A stretch of 64,000 bases of DNA from Proteromonas lacertae (taxonomy: Eukaryota): positions 496,001 through 560,000 of the forward strand of contig NGBS01000583.1 of the NCBI GenBank assembly GCA_002245135.1. Reading direction: 5' to 3'. Both the position numbers and the translations under genes were made by a program. Position 1 is the first letter of the stretch; each line of letters begins with the position of its first letter. The notes below the pieces were generated by a model. The model saw nothing but the letters and a program-made list of their open reading frames with translations, had not been told where the DNA came from and ran no database searches. Positions 1 through 15,504 of this stretch are shown here, in pieces.

Positions 1-558
1 AAAAATAAAGAAATATTTAATTCAAAAATGCAATAATATGTACTATTTCTAGTAATGCAAATATCTGGGTTAAAAAATCCCAAATTATTTTGAAATAAGT
101 ACGTTTTTTTTTAATTCATTTTTCTTGATTTCCATTTGGAATACGATGAGATCATACCAATGTATGTGATAATATTGTTGGTATGAATATCTAGTTTATT
201 AATATTGGTTTTAATTATCATTCAAACAAATTATAGACGAGTATTATGTAAAAAAGCTACTGTACTATTTTTTCTTTACAGAATGCATTATGATGTTAAG
301 CTAAACATTTGTTATCTTTTTTAGTAATTAATTAACGAAATAGTGTAAGTACTGTACTTTTATGCAGTTTTCATTTCAAGTGTCTCTATTATTTGGATTT
401 GTATCTGAATAACATTGTTAAATTTCTATCCATGTACATCCATTCTATCTTTAGAAAATTCAAAACAAAGAATCAAGCTTTTGCTTGATAATTATTCTAA
501 GATTTTGTTCTTTTAGTAAAAAGAAAACAGATACTAAATTTGTAATTTATTATTCTAA

Positions 559-1159
559 ATGTCAGATACATGTCCTATATGCATTCAAGAGTTTGAAGTA
601 AACGAACAAGGAATTTATAAAACTGCATGTGGTCATAGATTTCATGTTGGTTGTTTTGGTCAGTATTGTTTTATGGTCACCATTATAAATACATAGATTA
701 TTAAAACATTCAACCTTATGTCCATTATGTCGAGCAAAGCTAGTTGTTACTTCAAGAGGTGCTGAAGATATGTAAGTTTTGCTGATTATTAAAATGAATA
801 GATTTAATTCGATAGGAGACTTTGATTTTTTTATTGAAGATTTAGAAGTAAATAGTAATGCAATGATACTGCTAGAAACATTATCATATAATATATACAA
901 TGTTGTGCATGTTGCTGATATTATTGCATTCTATGCCTATATAAAAGAAAAAATAAAAGAAATGTATGTTGATATAGATGTAAATATACATATGTATAGG
1001 ACTTGTACTATACTGTTGTGGTGGAATGAAAACTTTAATATTAGTATAAAGTATTAATACTATTATGAATTAGACTTATTTTCTCACTTACCGAAATTCT
1101 TATTTGGTGATAAAGACGAACCAGATGATTTGTTAAATAATGAACATAAAGAAGATTGA
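559..1159 (+). CDS. RING-H2 finger protein (putative E3 ligase), 5 exons
   Basis: Manual splice from ATG 559 gives MSDTCPICIQEFEVNEQGIYKTACGHRFHVGCFGQ/LLKHSTLCPLCR (C3H2C3 spacing). Four short GT-AG introns keep the frame to TGA 1157-1159. Confidence 0.8.
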
Positions 1160-1377
1160 AAATTTATAATTGTATAATAGAAATATTTTAATCTATATAA
1201 ATTTAAATAAAATGTACATTTATATTTCTTATTGTTGTAATGGATATTCTATAATAATAGAAAAATAAATTAAAGGAATTAAATCACTTTTAAAAGAAGA
1301 GATTTTGAATTTTTTAAAATAACTACTTTCAAGCCAAAAGGTTTGATCAACATCAGTTTTTTTTAAATTTTGAATTA

Positions 1378-2486
1378 ATGTTTAAGTCAGCTAGAAATTT
1401 TTGGAGAAGAATTACAGGCAGAGATAAAAAGGATGCCACTATATTATTGGTTGGATTAGATAATGCAGGTAAAACAACAATAATTAATTCTTTGAAAGGA
1501 AGTATTGATTTAATTATGAGTAATATTGTTATAGTTTTGGATGAAGAAGTTGTACCAACTGTTGGAATGACAAGACCTATTGATTTGAAACTAAAGAAAT
1601 ACAACGTTTCTTGTCTTGATCTTGGAGGACATGTTAATTTCAGAGCTGTGTGGGCAAAATATTATGACCAAGTATTGAATCTTTGAGATTATTAACTAAT
1701 TTGTTATAGATGCATGCTGTGATATTTGTTATTGATGCTGCTGATCAAAGTCGATTGAATGAAATGATGGATGAGTTTAAGAAATGTTCAACACATCCAG
1801 GCATTTCAGGAAAACCATTTTTAATTTTTGCCAATAAACAAGATTTACCAACCGCTTTATCAGAAGTAGAATTAGCCACTAAGTTGAATCTTCCATCATT
1901 AGATACATGCTCACATAATATAATGAAATGTATTGCAAAAGCATCAGCAAATGGTGGAAAAGTTGATCCAACATTACAAAACGGATTATTATGGATTATT
2001 GAAACTTTAGATAAGAGTTATGAAGATATTAATAATAGAGTAACAGAAGCAAAGAAAAAAGCAGACAGTGATGCTAAAAAAATAGCAGAAGAACGTAAAA
2101 AACGTGTAGAAGAATTCAAAAAACTATCACCTGAAGAACAACAAAGAATTAAAGATGAAGAAAAGAAAAAGAGAGAAGCTGAAGCTGAAAACGATGTACC
2201 AATGTGTTGCGAATGTAATAAGAATCAAGCTACTCGTAAATGTGAAGCTAGTAATTGGAAACCGGTATGTGATGATTGTTATAATCGATTAACTGCAGTT
2301 GCAACTCCTCCACCACCTCCACAACAGAATCCTGTAGTTCCTGAGCCAGTACAAGCTCCAGCAGCTATTGTAGATGAAAATAGAGATAATAATAATGAAA
2401 ATGCACCACTACCTGAACCTAGTGATATAGAGAAAGCTGGTGACGAAAAGCCAAATGAAGAGATTGAAGAAAAACCTGCTGAATAG
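1378..2486 (+). CDS. ARL13B: ARL13-like ciliary Arf-family GTPase with coiled coil, Cys-rich motif and Pro-rich tail
   Basis: GLDNAGKTT P-loop, PTVG, DLGGH (no catalytic Gln, as in ARL13), ANKQD, then a long charged coiled coil. Introns at ~1502-1533 and ~1672-1709. Confidence 0.8.
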
Positions 2487-2572
2487 ATTTTTTTTCACAA
2501 CAGTTATTATTATTATTATTATTTTTAATATGTATATGTTAAAGACAATATTAAAAGACAGAGTTACAACAT

Positions 2573-5164
2573 TTATTTTTTCTTAATTTGATTATTTTGA
2601 TAGAATTGTTTCAATTCTGATATACATTTACCATATTCAATACTATAACTATAACTGTTGTACTTTCTCAACGATCTCTTAATCCATTGAGGTAATTTTG
2701 AAATAATTCTTTCATTATCATATCTACTATCTATTAACACAATACTGGAATAATCATTAATATGTCTAATCGATCTTCCAATTGATTGATTCACAGACTT
2801 CATACATATATTTGTTTCATAATCTTTTACAATTTCACTATTTTTAAAGTTTAGATTATAATAGTTCTTTCTTTCTATTAGTACTGAATCATATGGATTA
2901 GGATAAGGCATTCCAACAATAGTTACATTTCTTGCAAGATTATCATTGAAATTAATTCCTTCAGATAATTTACCTCCTATTACACAGAATAATATTGCTT
3001 CTTTACCTCTATCAATTGATTCTTTATATTTACTAAGATATTAAATAATAACAACAATATAATATATACTCAAATACATTATAATCTTTTGATTGATTCT
3101 CTTTTGATTCAAAGAAGATTTTCTTACTCTTTTCAATTACCAAATCATATTTTTCTTTTTTAATATAATCAATAAATTTCTGTAAATAATAATAGGAAGT
3201 GAAAAAACAAATCATTCCAAATGGAACATTTTCAATAATACCATTCAAACTATCACATAAATCTCTATACATATTATCTCTTTTCTCATAATTAAATATT
3301 AACTCATTGTTATTCACACTTTTATTCAATACCATACATAATATTTGACTTGGATTTATTATATGATCTAATTTTAATATGTCAATTCTTTCTTTATTTA
3401 TCTTTGGGAATAATTGGTATGTCAACTCTTCAATTGGTTCTAATGTTCCACCTATTAGAATAACTGATCTTGCATTATCAACGACTGATTCAAATTTCTC
3501 TGATGGACTTAATAATATATATTGAAGAGTAGCAACATTGTTATCTTGTTTATTAACACAAATTCTCCCAAACTATTTAATAAACAAATATTATTCATAA
3601 GAATATATACACTATCAGCAGTTACAAGTGATTCTGAAAATTGAATCAATTTGTATAATGCATTTGGTATTATTTTCCCTTCATTTTCTTTTCTTTCATC
3701 ATCTGTCATCTTTTTCATTATTCTTAAAATAAATGATCTAAGTTTAGCAGCAACATTATATTTTCTCATATATGAATTTATTTCACTTAAATTAATATCA
3801 TTTATCTTTGAATTACATTTAAACTCAGTCACTCTTAACAATTGATTAGTTTTATTATCCAATTTCTTCAAATATTTCAATAACATTGAACATAGTGAAT
3901 TAATAGTTGATAATCTTGATACATCACATTTCAATCTATATTCTGATCTATATTTCGGTATATATGTTACCAAACATTCGATATCTTTATATGTTATTGA
4001 TGGACTATACAATTCGTTTATTGTATTCACTACATTGTGACCTTCATCTAAAATAATACTTTGATTCTATTAATAGAAAATAATAAAATATACAGTAATA
4101 TCAATTCCTAAACTTTCTCTTGTTTCTTTATGTAATAACACTGAATATGGTAGTAATATAATCTCTGCTAATGGAATGGAATACCTAACACTATAATATG
4201 GACAACAACTCATTTCTTTACTCAATGATTTCAAGTCTTCAATATCCATTGTTTCGTTTAATATTATATCACTTAATTCTTTACATTTTATTATATTATA
4301 ATAAGGACATTTCTTCTTTTTATCTTCTCTTAATTCTCTACATTTTTCATTCAAATCATTAGGTGATGTTTTCTTTATCAAATCTTTATTTATACATAAC
4401 TTTTGTCTTGATGCTAATGTTACTATTCTACATTTACCTTTATATTCTGTTTTATTTATTTCATCTATTAATTGACTTAGTTGTGAATGTGTTCTACTAC
4501 AATAATATAATTTATTACAATGTTTTATATCTCTTATTTCTGATGATTGATCATCATTTTCTTCTTTTATTAGATTCTTTACAAATTCTTCTAATTCATT
4601 TGTAGATGATTCTTCTTCAGGTATAAATTCATTTTCTCCATCTCCATCTTCATCTTCATTCTCTTCTTCTTCTTCTTCCAATACAATCTTTCTCTTTTTG
4701 AATTGATTTGATTTATTCTTTATTGTTTTGACATGATTATATCTCTTCTTTAATTCTTCTATTTCATTATTTATTATACCTTCTTCAGTCTCTATGAAAA
4801 ATAACATATTAGCTCATACCAACTAGATTATTCTTATAAGCATCACTAATCCAACTTAATTCATTATTATTTTCTTCCTCCTTTCTTCTCAGCTTTTTCT
4901 ATACCTTGAGGAAATACTGAAACATCTTTCAACCACTTCAAACTTCCACATACTATACAAAGAGATTTACCCTAACAGCAAAAAAATAATGATTTACTAA
5001 TCATACAGTTCCTGTTGGACTTTCTAATATTCCTATTTTACCTTCCTTTAATACTTTTTCTATTTCTTTCATTAACTCAATTTGGCGGGTGTATGGATTA
5101 TACGGGAATTTAAATTCCTATATGATATATAACAATAATATAATACATTTGATGTATTTAACAT
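2573..5164 (-). CDS. DDX11: DDX11/CHL1-type Fe-S DNA helicase (XPD family), multi-exon
   Basis: Spliced FPYNPYTRQ...[77 protein letters not shown]. Confidence 0.88.
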
Positions 5165-5288
5165 TCTATGTTATTCAATAAACAAAATTTAAATATTTGT
5201 GTCAAAAAATAACCCATTTGTTTTCCTAACCCCATAAATTGAAAAAGTTCATAATCAATCCATGTATTATATATATTATTCTATTATT

Positions 5289-6890
5289 TTACACTCCACC
5301 CCAAGGCGTCCATACACCATCAAAGTTTTTCGGATCTGCTGCTGGATCTTGTTTATGTGGATTTTCTGGAGCTGCTTCGTCCCTGTACTTCTTTGCCTTT
5401 TCTCTAATTTGCTTCAGTATGTTAGGATATTTATCTGCCAAATTATTTCTCTCATAAGGATCATCTTTTATATTGAATAAATACTCTCCCTTTGGTGGGT
5501 TTTTACATTGAGCAGATGGAAATTGATCTATTGCAGAAGAAAAATAATATAAAAATACATGAATAAGTTGTATTAGGAACTTCAATCCAACCATCATAAG
5601 ATCCAATATAACTACCATTAACATACTTCCAATCACCCATCAAATAAGCATCAACTTCATTCTTAATTGTATTTAACAACATTTCATTCCTTGGTGACTG
5701 TCTATTCTCTGTTATAGATTTCCATTGATTAACACCATCTAATGGATTCTTTATTGTACTATTGGTTGAGACATTTAAAAATCCTAATATAGTAGGCAAC
5801 CAATCAACTGCATGCATCATTCCTTTATATTCATCAGCTCTATTTTATAATAATATATATATACTGTTTTTGAACTAAATTACCAGTTATAAATGATACT
5901 CCCTTCACTCCTCCTTCAAATTGAGTTCCTTTACCAGCTCTATATGGATAATTACATCCAAAGTTATCTTCTGGACCATCTGGACAAACACAAGCACCAT
6001 TATCAGTGGTAAATATTATCAAAGTATCATTCAAATATCCTAATTCATCCATCACTTTAGTTATATTTCTTATACTTTCATCCATTAAATACAACTCAGC
6101 TGCAAATGTTCTTCTATCTAAATTCTTAATATGTTTAAATTTATCAATATATTCTTGTGGAGCTTTAGTTGGACCATGAACTCCTTGTTGAGCTAAATAT
6201 AAGAAGAATGGTTTTGATGAATTATGATTTTTTAACATTCTTATTGCTTCTTGAGTATATAAAAATGTACTGTATGTTCCATTTGACTTTCTATCAACTA
6301 CAGAACAATCTGGGCCACAGTATGGTCTTGTTTCATTTCTTAAATCATATCCACCTGCTTCATCATGAGTGAAATAATCGATTGCTCCATGATAATAACC
6401 ATAAAACTGATCAAAACCACGATAGGTGGGTGTATATCTCCATTTCCAATATCCTAAATGCCATTTACCTACTAGATAGTTCATATAACCTTCTTTCTTC
6501 AATACTTCTGGTAAAATTGTTTCATTTTCGTGTAATGCAAATGGACTCCATGCTAATATTACGAAATTCTGTAAGCCATATCTCATAGGATAACGACCTG
6601 TCATGAAAGCCTAGGCGAGTCATTTATACAATATTGAATTATACTGCTCTTGATGGAGTACACATATATTGGACATAGTAATTCTCTAATTTAACACCTT
6701 CATTAGCCATTTTATCGAGTGTAGGCGTATAAAGATCAGAGTCGTGATATCCAACATCTGACCATCCAAGATCATCAGAGACTAATACCTAAAATTCAGG
6801 GTGTATACCTATAAATAAGATGTTTGGCTTTTTAGCATCAATTGGCGCTAAAGATAAAGCTAGGATTAGAAAAATCACATTAATCGTCAT
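5289..6890 (-). CDS. Arylsulfatase B-like type I sulfatase with signal peptide
   Basis: Hydrophobic N-terminus, then KPNILFIVSDDLGW, the CTPSRA formylglycine motif, [40 protein letters not shown]. Confidence 0.92.
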
Positions 6891-7016
6891 TTTCGAAAAT
6901 TGAAAGATATGATGTAGATTGTTAGTTTATTTATATGTACATCATATTTCAAAACGAATAAAACTTGTTTGTATAATATTAGAAGAAATAGATAGAAAAA
7001 GAATAAAATTCATAAA

Positions 7017-10000
7017 TTATTTCTTTTTTATTTGACTTTTTCTTTCATCTTCCACATTCTCTTCTGGTTGTTCTATCTTCCATTGGTATATAGATCTGTC
7101 AGCTCCTCCAACACCAATTATATATTTGAAATCAGTAGAAAACCTTATATTTTGTACTTTAATATTAGTTCCACAGATTTGTAAATACTATAATAAATAA
7201 GTGAAATATATAATATACCTGAGCATTCTTATGAAGACAAGGGAAATGATAAATTCTAACACCTCCACATTCTAAAGCAATAATAATATATTTATGTTTC
7301 ATATCACAATCACAACTATTAATATTAAATAACTGATTATTAGGACTAATCTCAGGCCAGATACCTTGAGTAGTCCATGATAGAGGACATGATTCAGTAA
7401 ACCAATCAAGATTATTAACACTATTCACATGATTAACAACTTCACAATCATCTGTCTTGAAATACTCCAAATCAAAAGTTCCTGAATTAGATCTAATATA
7501 TAAAGAATCAATAGAAAAATCAAAATGTGTAACTGGTGAATTATTATATTCACATCTTCCTAATAATAGGTAATTAGTTGTATCGTATAAATATATTCGA
7601 TGATCATATGAACTAATGGCAATCATTTCACCATTTTTACTGTATTTTATATCAGTTATCCATTCTCTACTATCTCTTCCTTCATGTTTTATCAATAATG
7701 AATCACTCTCTAATATTAAGAAACTTCCATCTTTCTTCGCTTTACCATCTGCACTTCCACCAATACCAACGATAATATTCTCTAAATTATGAGACCATTT
7801 TACAGCTCTACTCTTACTATCCAATAACACTAATTGTTTCATTGTGTGTTGACTTAATGACCATATTCTAACTGTACAATCATCACCTGATGTTATAAAT
7901 TCATCGGTATTTTCTATATTCATATCCAAACCCCATAATTCATCACTACTATGACCTCTATGAAGTAATAAATCATTTCCTGTGTATGTTATTTCATATA
8001 TTTCACCACTTTTACATCCTACTAATACTGTTCCTTCATAATTAATACAAACACTACTGATTGAATACTCTAATGGTCTATCAACCATATCATTTATATT
8101 CACAGCTCTTAAAATTGTAAAACTTGTATTCCATATTAACACCATTCCTATTATACAACCAGATACTAATACTTCATTATCTCTTGTTTTTGTTGAATAT
8201 ACACAAGTTATACTTCTTTCATGAGCTTTTACTATTTTCTGTAAAACACAAGTGTCAAGATTCCATATATAAAAACTACCACTTTGTGTACCTGTCACTA
8301 AATTTCCATTAAATATTGTTCCTGTATTAATCTGTTGTTTTCTACCACTACTTATATTAAACATACCATCTGTAGAAACTATACTATTATTCTCTATTTT
8401 ATAAAACTTTATATATTTATCACCACCTACAGTAAAAGTATATTCAGTTGTGATTGGTAAGAATGATATAAAATGTGGTTCATTTCTACTTCCATTAGTT
8501 AAACATTCAATCTGATAAACATTCCAATCACCTGTATTACTATACCAAACTACAATTGTATGATTTATATCATTTCCAACAGAAACAATTCTGTGATTAT
8601 CGGATGAGATTTTAACAAATATAACTCCATATTCATGTATTGGTTTTAACTGGTTAATTAATGTACCACTATGAGAATTCCATATATTAATCATTGGTTC
8701 AATACCCTCTTCACCAGTTATTACTAAATTACCTTTATCATTAATATCTAATGAAATAATTGTATTTTCATGATTCATATGATATGTTTGCTTCTTGAAT
8801 TCTTTATTATAAATCACACCTAATCTTGATGTATGATAGATAATCTCATTATAATTATTATATCTTAAATTACTTCTTATATTCTGTGTGTTAAAACCAT
8901 GAACAAAATCCAAAGTCACTTTTATATTTGGTAATGTATCATTTACTTCTGGTAATTTATCAGGATCCATTATATTGGCTATGTAAATAAAAATAAAAGC
9001 ATTTTATATTTATAATATTATACACATCCATCTTCTATCATTCATACTAATATCCATATCATACATCTTGATATAATTGCTTTCATTACTTCTTGGGACA
9101 ATATGAATAGCATGATCTGGATTTAATGGCAATTCTTCACTTACATCAAATGGAATATCAAACTATATACAAATAGAATAATAATAAAAAGAAATATATA
9201 CATTAGTTTTCCACTGGAAAATACATCTATCTTCTTTACCAATTGAAATTACATACTTATCTTCAAACAAGAACTTCACATCACTAACTTCTCCAGAATG
9301 TCCTCTATATACTTTATAAGCAGATGATCTATCAAGAACAGGGAAATTGTATAATTTAACTTGTCCATAATTATCAGCAGTAACTAAATGTTTACCTAAT
9401 TTTGATCTATCAACCCTATTGTATATAGTTCCATCATTATAATCAGGCCAAATGCCTTGTGTGCAATAACCACCAGGAATGGTATAAGTTGTCCATTCCA
9501 TATCTTTCATTGTAGTTGGATCATCCACAATACCTGAATTCTCAGTTTGATAAAACACTAATTCGTTATTTGTATTATAACATTGCAAATATCCACCATT
9601 CTCAGTTAAATCAAAATGAATGATATTTGTATTATTCATACTTTCACATTTGGACATTACATTATAATCATTCTTAATGTCATAAACATATAAATAATGT
9701 TCTGCTGATGATACAGCCATCATGTCTCCATTTTCTGAACATTTTATACCATATATAGGAGGCATTAATTCATTAAATTCTCTTTCTCTTGAACTATTCT
9801 CCACATTAATAAGCATAAATGATGGTTCTTTTATTTGTTCTTCTCCTTCAACATATGGCTTTAATTTTCTTTCAGATAATCCAACCATTAATTTACTACC
9901 ATCAGATGAAAAGCAAACTGAATTACCTTTGTTAGATATATTAATACACTTTTGTTGAGTATGAGTTTCAGCATCAAATATCCTACAATAACCATCATCT

Positions 10001-13000
10001 CCAACAGTAGCAAATTGTAATTTTGTTGGATCTGATGCAATTGCATTCAAGTGATTTATATAATGAGATTGAACTAATGGTTGCTGTTTTCTCAAAGATC
10101 CTTCTCTTAAATACAATTCAACAATTTCTCCACTTCTTGTTCCAACTAATACATAACTAATATCGTGGGGACATAAACCAACAATTGCAGCATTTGAAAT
10201 AAATGAATTTCTCTTGATATCAGCTGAACTGACTATCTCGAAATCATTATTATATGATTTTATCAAACCATCAATACTTGCTGAAGTAATATGATCATCA
10301 TTAGCTGATATTGTTAATATTGATTTACTATGAGCTGGAATTATTCTTTGAACTGATGTATTCTTCATAATATATAATTTACCATCAATTGCACCAGCTA
10401 CAACTCTATCACCTAAAGCTGTAATACAATTTAATGGTTGTAGAAAACCTTTATCACACATTTGATAATTCTTTAAACAGATATTCCTTCCATCAATTAT
10501 TCCATAACATAGAATATTAATACCACATATTGAGATTAGATCTGGTGTTACAAACACAAAATCCATTACTCTTCTTACACCCAATTCTGCTGAACATTGA
10601 ACTACACCTTCTTTAATGTTATATCTGTAATGTTATATAAATAATTATTAAACTATACATTGCTAGTGTATTATATTTAGCCATTTCAACTGAAGCTAGT
10701 AATCTATTATCAGGTGAAAATTTCAATTGTCTTACTGGATTTCTACACAAATAAAATAAATAGAATAGAATATTAATACATATGAAAACCTGTTAATTCT
10801 TGTAGAGTTTGTAATGTTTCAATATTCCATATCATAATCTTCGGATATTTACCAATTTGGCTTGAAGCAGCAATTGTTCTAGTATTATCAACAGTCAAAG
10901 CAGATATTCTATCAGTATGTTTCCTATAAAACCTTTGAGTTCCATTTTCATAATCATAAATCACAACAACAGAAGAAGCTGGATATATTGCTTCACCTTT
11001 ATTAGAAAGAAATATATTATTCTTCATTCCTTCATTATTATATCCATAGATCCATTCTAATTCCAATGATTCTGCAGGTATATCAGAATTACTGTAATAC
11101 TCCATTGTTGGTGGACAAATACTATCCATCCAAGGATATATTGGAATTGAATCAACTTTTTCATCACCTAATTTGTTATATTTATATTTTAAAGAAGAAT
11201 CATATCCATTCATCATTTCATATTCTTTAGATCTTTCTATTGAAGCATTTGCTATGAAATCTTCTTGAATTACATAACTTAAATCATTTTGCTTCATTTC
11301 TTTATTATGGTAATTGATTATATTATTCTTCCACTGTATGATACAACAATCATTTCTACCTGTTGAAAATATATTTGTGTATTTTTGATTGTATTTTACA
11401 TTTGAAACACCATAACAATGACCATAATAACATACACCATTATCATCTAAACTTATTGGGTAATTTGTAACTCTAACTTCACCATATTCAGTTCCAAAAA
11501 TACAACTTCTTGTTGCTAAAGATTTATCCATACAAGTGACAGTGTTATTATCAAAATATTCAGTTTGGAATAATCCTTTTGTTGTATAATGATATATACA
11601 ATTATTACTCAACCATTTTGTTTCACCTACTATACTTGCATCTATTATTCTAGAACAATCTTTTGGATTAAAATACAACAAATCTTTACCTGTTGTGTTG
11701 AATCGCACAATTGTTATATCTTCATTAAAATCTATTGTTATAACATCAGTACTCATTCCTTTACATCTACCAACACATTTTGTAGTCAATTTCCCATCAT
11801 TTTCAGTCTTTATATCATAAATAAACACAGAATGATCACCTGATGCAATACCAAATGATGTATTATCTCCCCATTGAACACAGGTGATTGGTTTAGCAGA
11901 ATCTTTTAATTCTTTCAACACTTTGAAAGTGGGAAATTCTAATATCACAACATTACCAGTTCTACGATGCATTTTACCATCTTTATATCCAAAACCAACT
12001 ATTAAATACTTTCCATTTGGTGAAATATTCATTGAAGTGATTGGTCCATTTAATCTGCATGTCTTTACAATTGTATGAGTAGAATAATCCCATAAATATA
12101 TAATTCCATCATCACCACCAGTAACAAAGGAGTGTTGTTGTATTGCTTGTTGTAATTGTTGTTGTGATGGTAATTTTATCATTTCCATAGCTCTTAATTC
12201 TCCATCATAATGACCTTGTACTAAAGCACCATGATTAACATTAGAACCATCAATAAATGACATTTCAAATATTGAACCAGTGTAAGTACCAACTGCAATC
12301 TTTGAAGTTGTTGGATCAATGGATATATTACTTGCTTGAGTGTAATTGATATTCAATAATCCTATTTCATAAGTACTACCTGGTGTAATTCTCGCACCTT
12401 TTGCATACCCCCAAACTCTTACTTTATCATCTTTACCAAGTGATAAAAATCCACTTCCAAACATTATTATTCCCATTATTGCACCTTCATGACCTCTGAA
12501 TATTTGTTTAATATTTCTATTCTCCCACATATAAATATCACCTGATATTGTTCCTGTTATATAATAGTTTCTATCTGGAGTACAAGAAATACATGTCTGA
12601 TCTTGTATTTTTGCTAAATTTCCAACATATGTTCTTTGTGGTAAGAATAAATGATTATCTCTATACCATAAATACAATCCATTTTCACCAACTGTACCAA
12701 ATGATTCATCATTCTTCCAATAAGAACTATAAATTCTATAGGGAGATTCAGCTGAAAATATCATTTTTGTATTCTTTGATTGCCAAGCATATACCACTAC
12801 TCTATTTGGTGTTTCTTGACTAATACTTGTAAGAAATTTCCCATTTTGACTAAATGATAATGAAGAAATACCTAACTTTTGATATCCACTTAAAATAGAC
12901 AATATTTCTAAAGTATCAGTTTTCCATACAATTATTTTGGGATTCTTACCAGCTTGAGCTGATGCTACAATCTATTAAATAACAAAATAAAAGGGAAGAG

Positions 13001-14145
13001 AGATATACATTTCCAGATTGATTCACAGTTATTGCAGTGACTTCTTCACTATGTTGATTGAAATATCTTTGAGTATTTGAAGATGGATCATACAACACAA
13101 CAATACAAGCAGCAGGATATATTAACTCACCACTTTGTAAATAATATAACACATTTCTCGATTTCTTGCAATTCCAACCATAAATCCACTCAATATTGAG
13201 TGAAGATGTCGGAATATCACCAGCATTTGTATCTTCATCAGCTTCATCATATCCACTGGTTGATTCTAATGATGAAGTTATCCATTGATATGTATGTCCT
13301 TTTTTTGCTGTTTGTTTTGTTGGCATTAATTGTTTCTTTTGTTGTTGTTGTCGCTCTTGCTCTTGCTCTTCTTTTTCTTTTTCTTCTTTTTCTCTTTCTT
13401 TTATTGATAAGTTTAATCTGTTTGATGTGTCAATATATTCTTCATATTTCTCTGGTCTTTCTATGGGAAATACTTCTTTGAGGAAATCAATAATTGGAAT
13501 ATTCGATTCTACTTCAGCTGTATCTTCAGGATTACTGAAATAAGTTAACCATGATGATATTTCAGGAGTCTATTATTATTATAAAAAGATAAAAAGAAAA
13601 GAAAATACTATTAAACAAAAATCGATAAACTGCTGTTTTGAAATATTGGCTGTTCTTTCTTTATTATTTTCATTAAATGCTTTCAATGTATATGTTTCAA
13701 TCTTTAAATCAGGAGGAGGAGTTGAATTGGTAATTTTACATAATCCAGTTATTGTTGATTTTAAGCATAATGTCATTTCATCTAATGATATACTAGCATT
13801 TTCATCAAAATCATATAACATAAATATATATGACAATTTCTCTTGAATTGATATTGATGAAGTAACAGCAACAGTTCCTAAGAATTCTAATGCATCAACC
13901 ATCGAATTATTGTCTGTGTCGAGAGCCTCAAAGAATCTTTTTGAATATCTCCCCAGTTCTGTTTCAGTACAAGACATATAATCAATAAGACAAGCACAAA
14001 CATCTCTAAAATCTGGCGGATTCAATCCAAATCCTTCAGCAACATTATTAAATGATTCTAACAATTTATTTAAAGCTGATTGTGGTAAGTTTAGAAAAGG
14101 CCAGCATTCTTCTATATATACACTCTTTCCCAATTGTTGACCCAT
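7017..14145 (-). CDS. EF-hand + EML5/EML6-like multi-WD40 (HELP/TAPE) microtubule-associated protein, 8 exons
   Basis: MGQQLGK start, EF-hand loops (DTDNNSMVD, DFDENASIS), three HELP-like motifs (LNIEWIYGW, LELEWIYGY, LDFVHGF), many WD40 repeats, YRGHSGEV. Seven GT-AG introns restore one frame to TAA 7017-7019. Confidence 0.85.
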
Positions 14146-14251
14146 TAATATTTTACTATTTTCAGTAGTATTTACTTAGTTTTAAGAAAATACAAAAAAC
14201 GAAAGTCAAAAAGAAGTAAATTTGACACAAAATTACCTCTCTCTTTTAAAT

Positions 14252-15414
14252 ATGAATTTCGATGATAATTTGATAGATAAATTGAGTGAGATAATTCCAA
14301 GACCTTCAAAAAGAAGAAGAATGAATGACCCACCTAATTTATCTTTCTTAACCATAGATAATGAAGGTATTACTTGTAACTTATTTTTCTTAGATGAAAT
14401 ATCGCAAGATACTGAAATAAAGAAATTATTAAGAAGAGCTGGTATTATTAATACTTATTTTAATAGAGACTTTTACACATATTTCTTTTGTGAGTAATTT
14501 AAAGACAATAAATCCATTAATTTGTGCTGAATATGGTTGGATCAATCCAAGAGAGAATGTTTTGGAATGTCAGAGGTATATTTTTATTATGATTATTTTT
14601 TCAATTAGTTGTAAAGAGCAGATTATGTTAAACCCGGACATGTCACCCTTTGAAAAGAAGACATTTATATCAACAATAAAAGAACAATTAAGTAATAAGC
14701 ATGACAATTATTGCCCTTGGAGAGATAATCCAATTTCATTTACACCAATCAATCCTGTTTCTTGTATATATATAAATTAATCATTATTATTATATATAAA
14801 TATAGTTGATAATGAAGCAGCTATATTAGAATATAATGATCGTAAAATTCATCTACATTCAATGAATAACAAAATACCAGTTGTTTCACTTATTAATTCA
14901 TCAATATCGAAAGAAATAATACCATCTTCATTGAATGAATTATGTTGTATAATATTAGCATTATATGGATGGGATATAGTTAAACATAATAACCGTATAT
15001 ATATTATATTATTTATTATAGAACCATTATTGTATTGTAAATATTGTAACAGTAAAAGATTACCATCTCAATTTATTCAAGTATATATTTATATTTATTT
15101 ATTTATTTTCTAGTGTGAATTAATTAAAGATGATTCTAAAGTGTCTATTGTGTTTAATAGTGAGAATGAAAGGAATTATTTCAATCAATTTAATAGAAAA
15201 TATTTTGATCCAAATATACAACATAAATGGTATTGTCCTTTCATTTGTAGTTATGAAAACTTGAAGAAAGGATATATTAGATTATATGAAGTATTAATAT
15301 AATGTTATATCATACATCCAATAGATATTATATCCTAAAAAAGAGAAAGAAACAAATTATGATCCTTATGAAGCATACCAGAAGTCAATCAATATGTTGG
15401 ATCTAACACCTTAG
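14252..15414 (+). CDS. C3HC zinc-finger protein (ZC3HC1/NIPA/Rsm1-like)
   Basis: Two BIR-like modules after splicing: CAEYGW...LECQ.C...HDNYCPW and LALYGW...CKYC...HKWYCPF. TAG at 15412-15414. Confidence 0.75.
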
Positions 15415-15504
15415 TAGTGATATTAATGTTATTTGTTTTAATCGTTTATTATAATGTCGTTTTAGGGTTTTACAAACAAATCCGTAGAAACGTAGAACTC
15501 AAAC

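Noticed and set aside
1..558. Coding sequence at the window start
   Set aside because: No consistent spliced frame or recognisable motif found; left unannotated.
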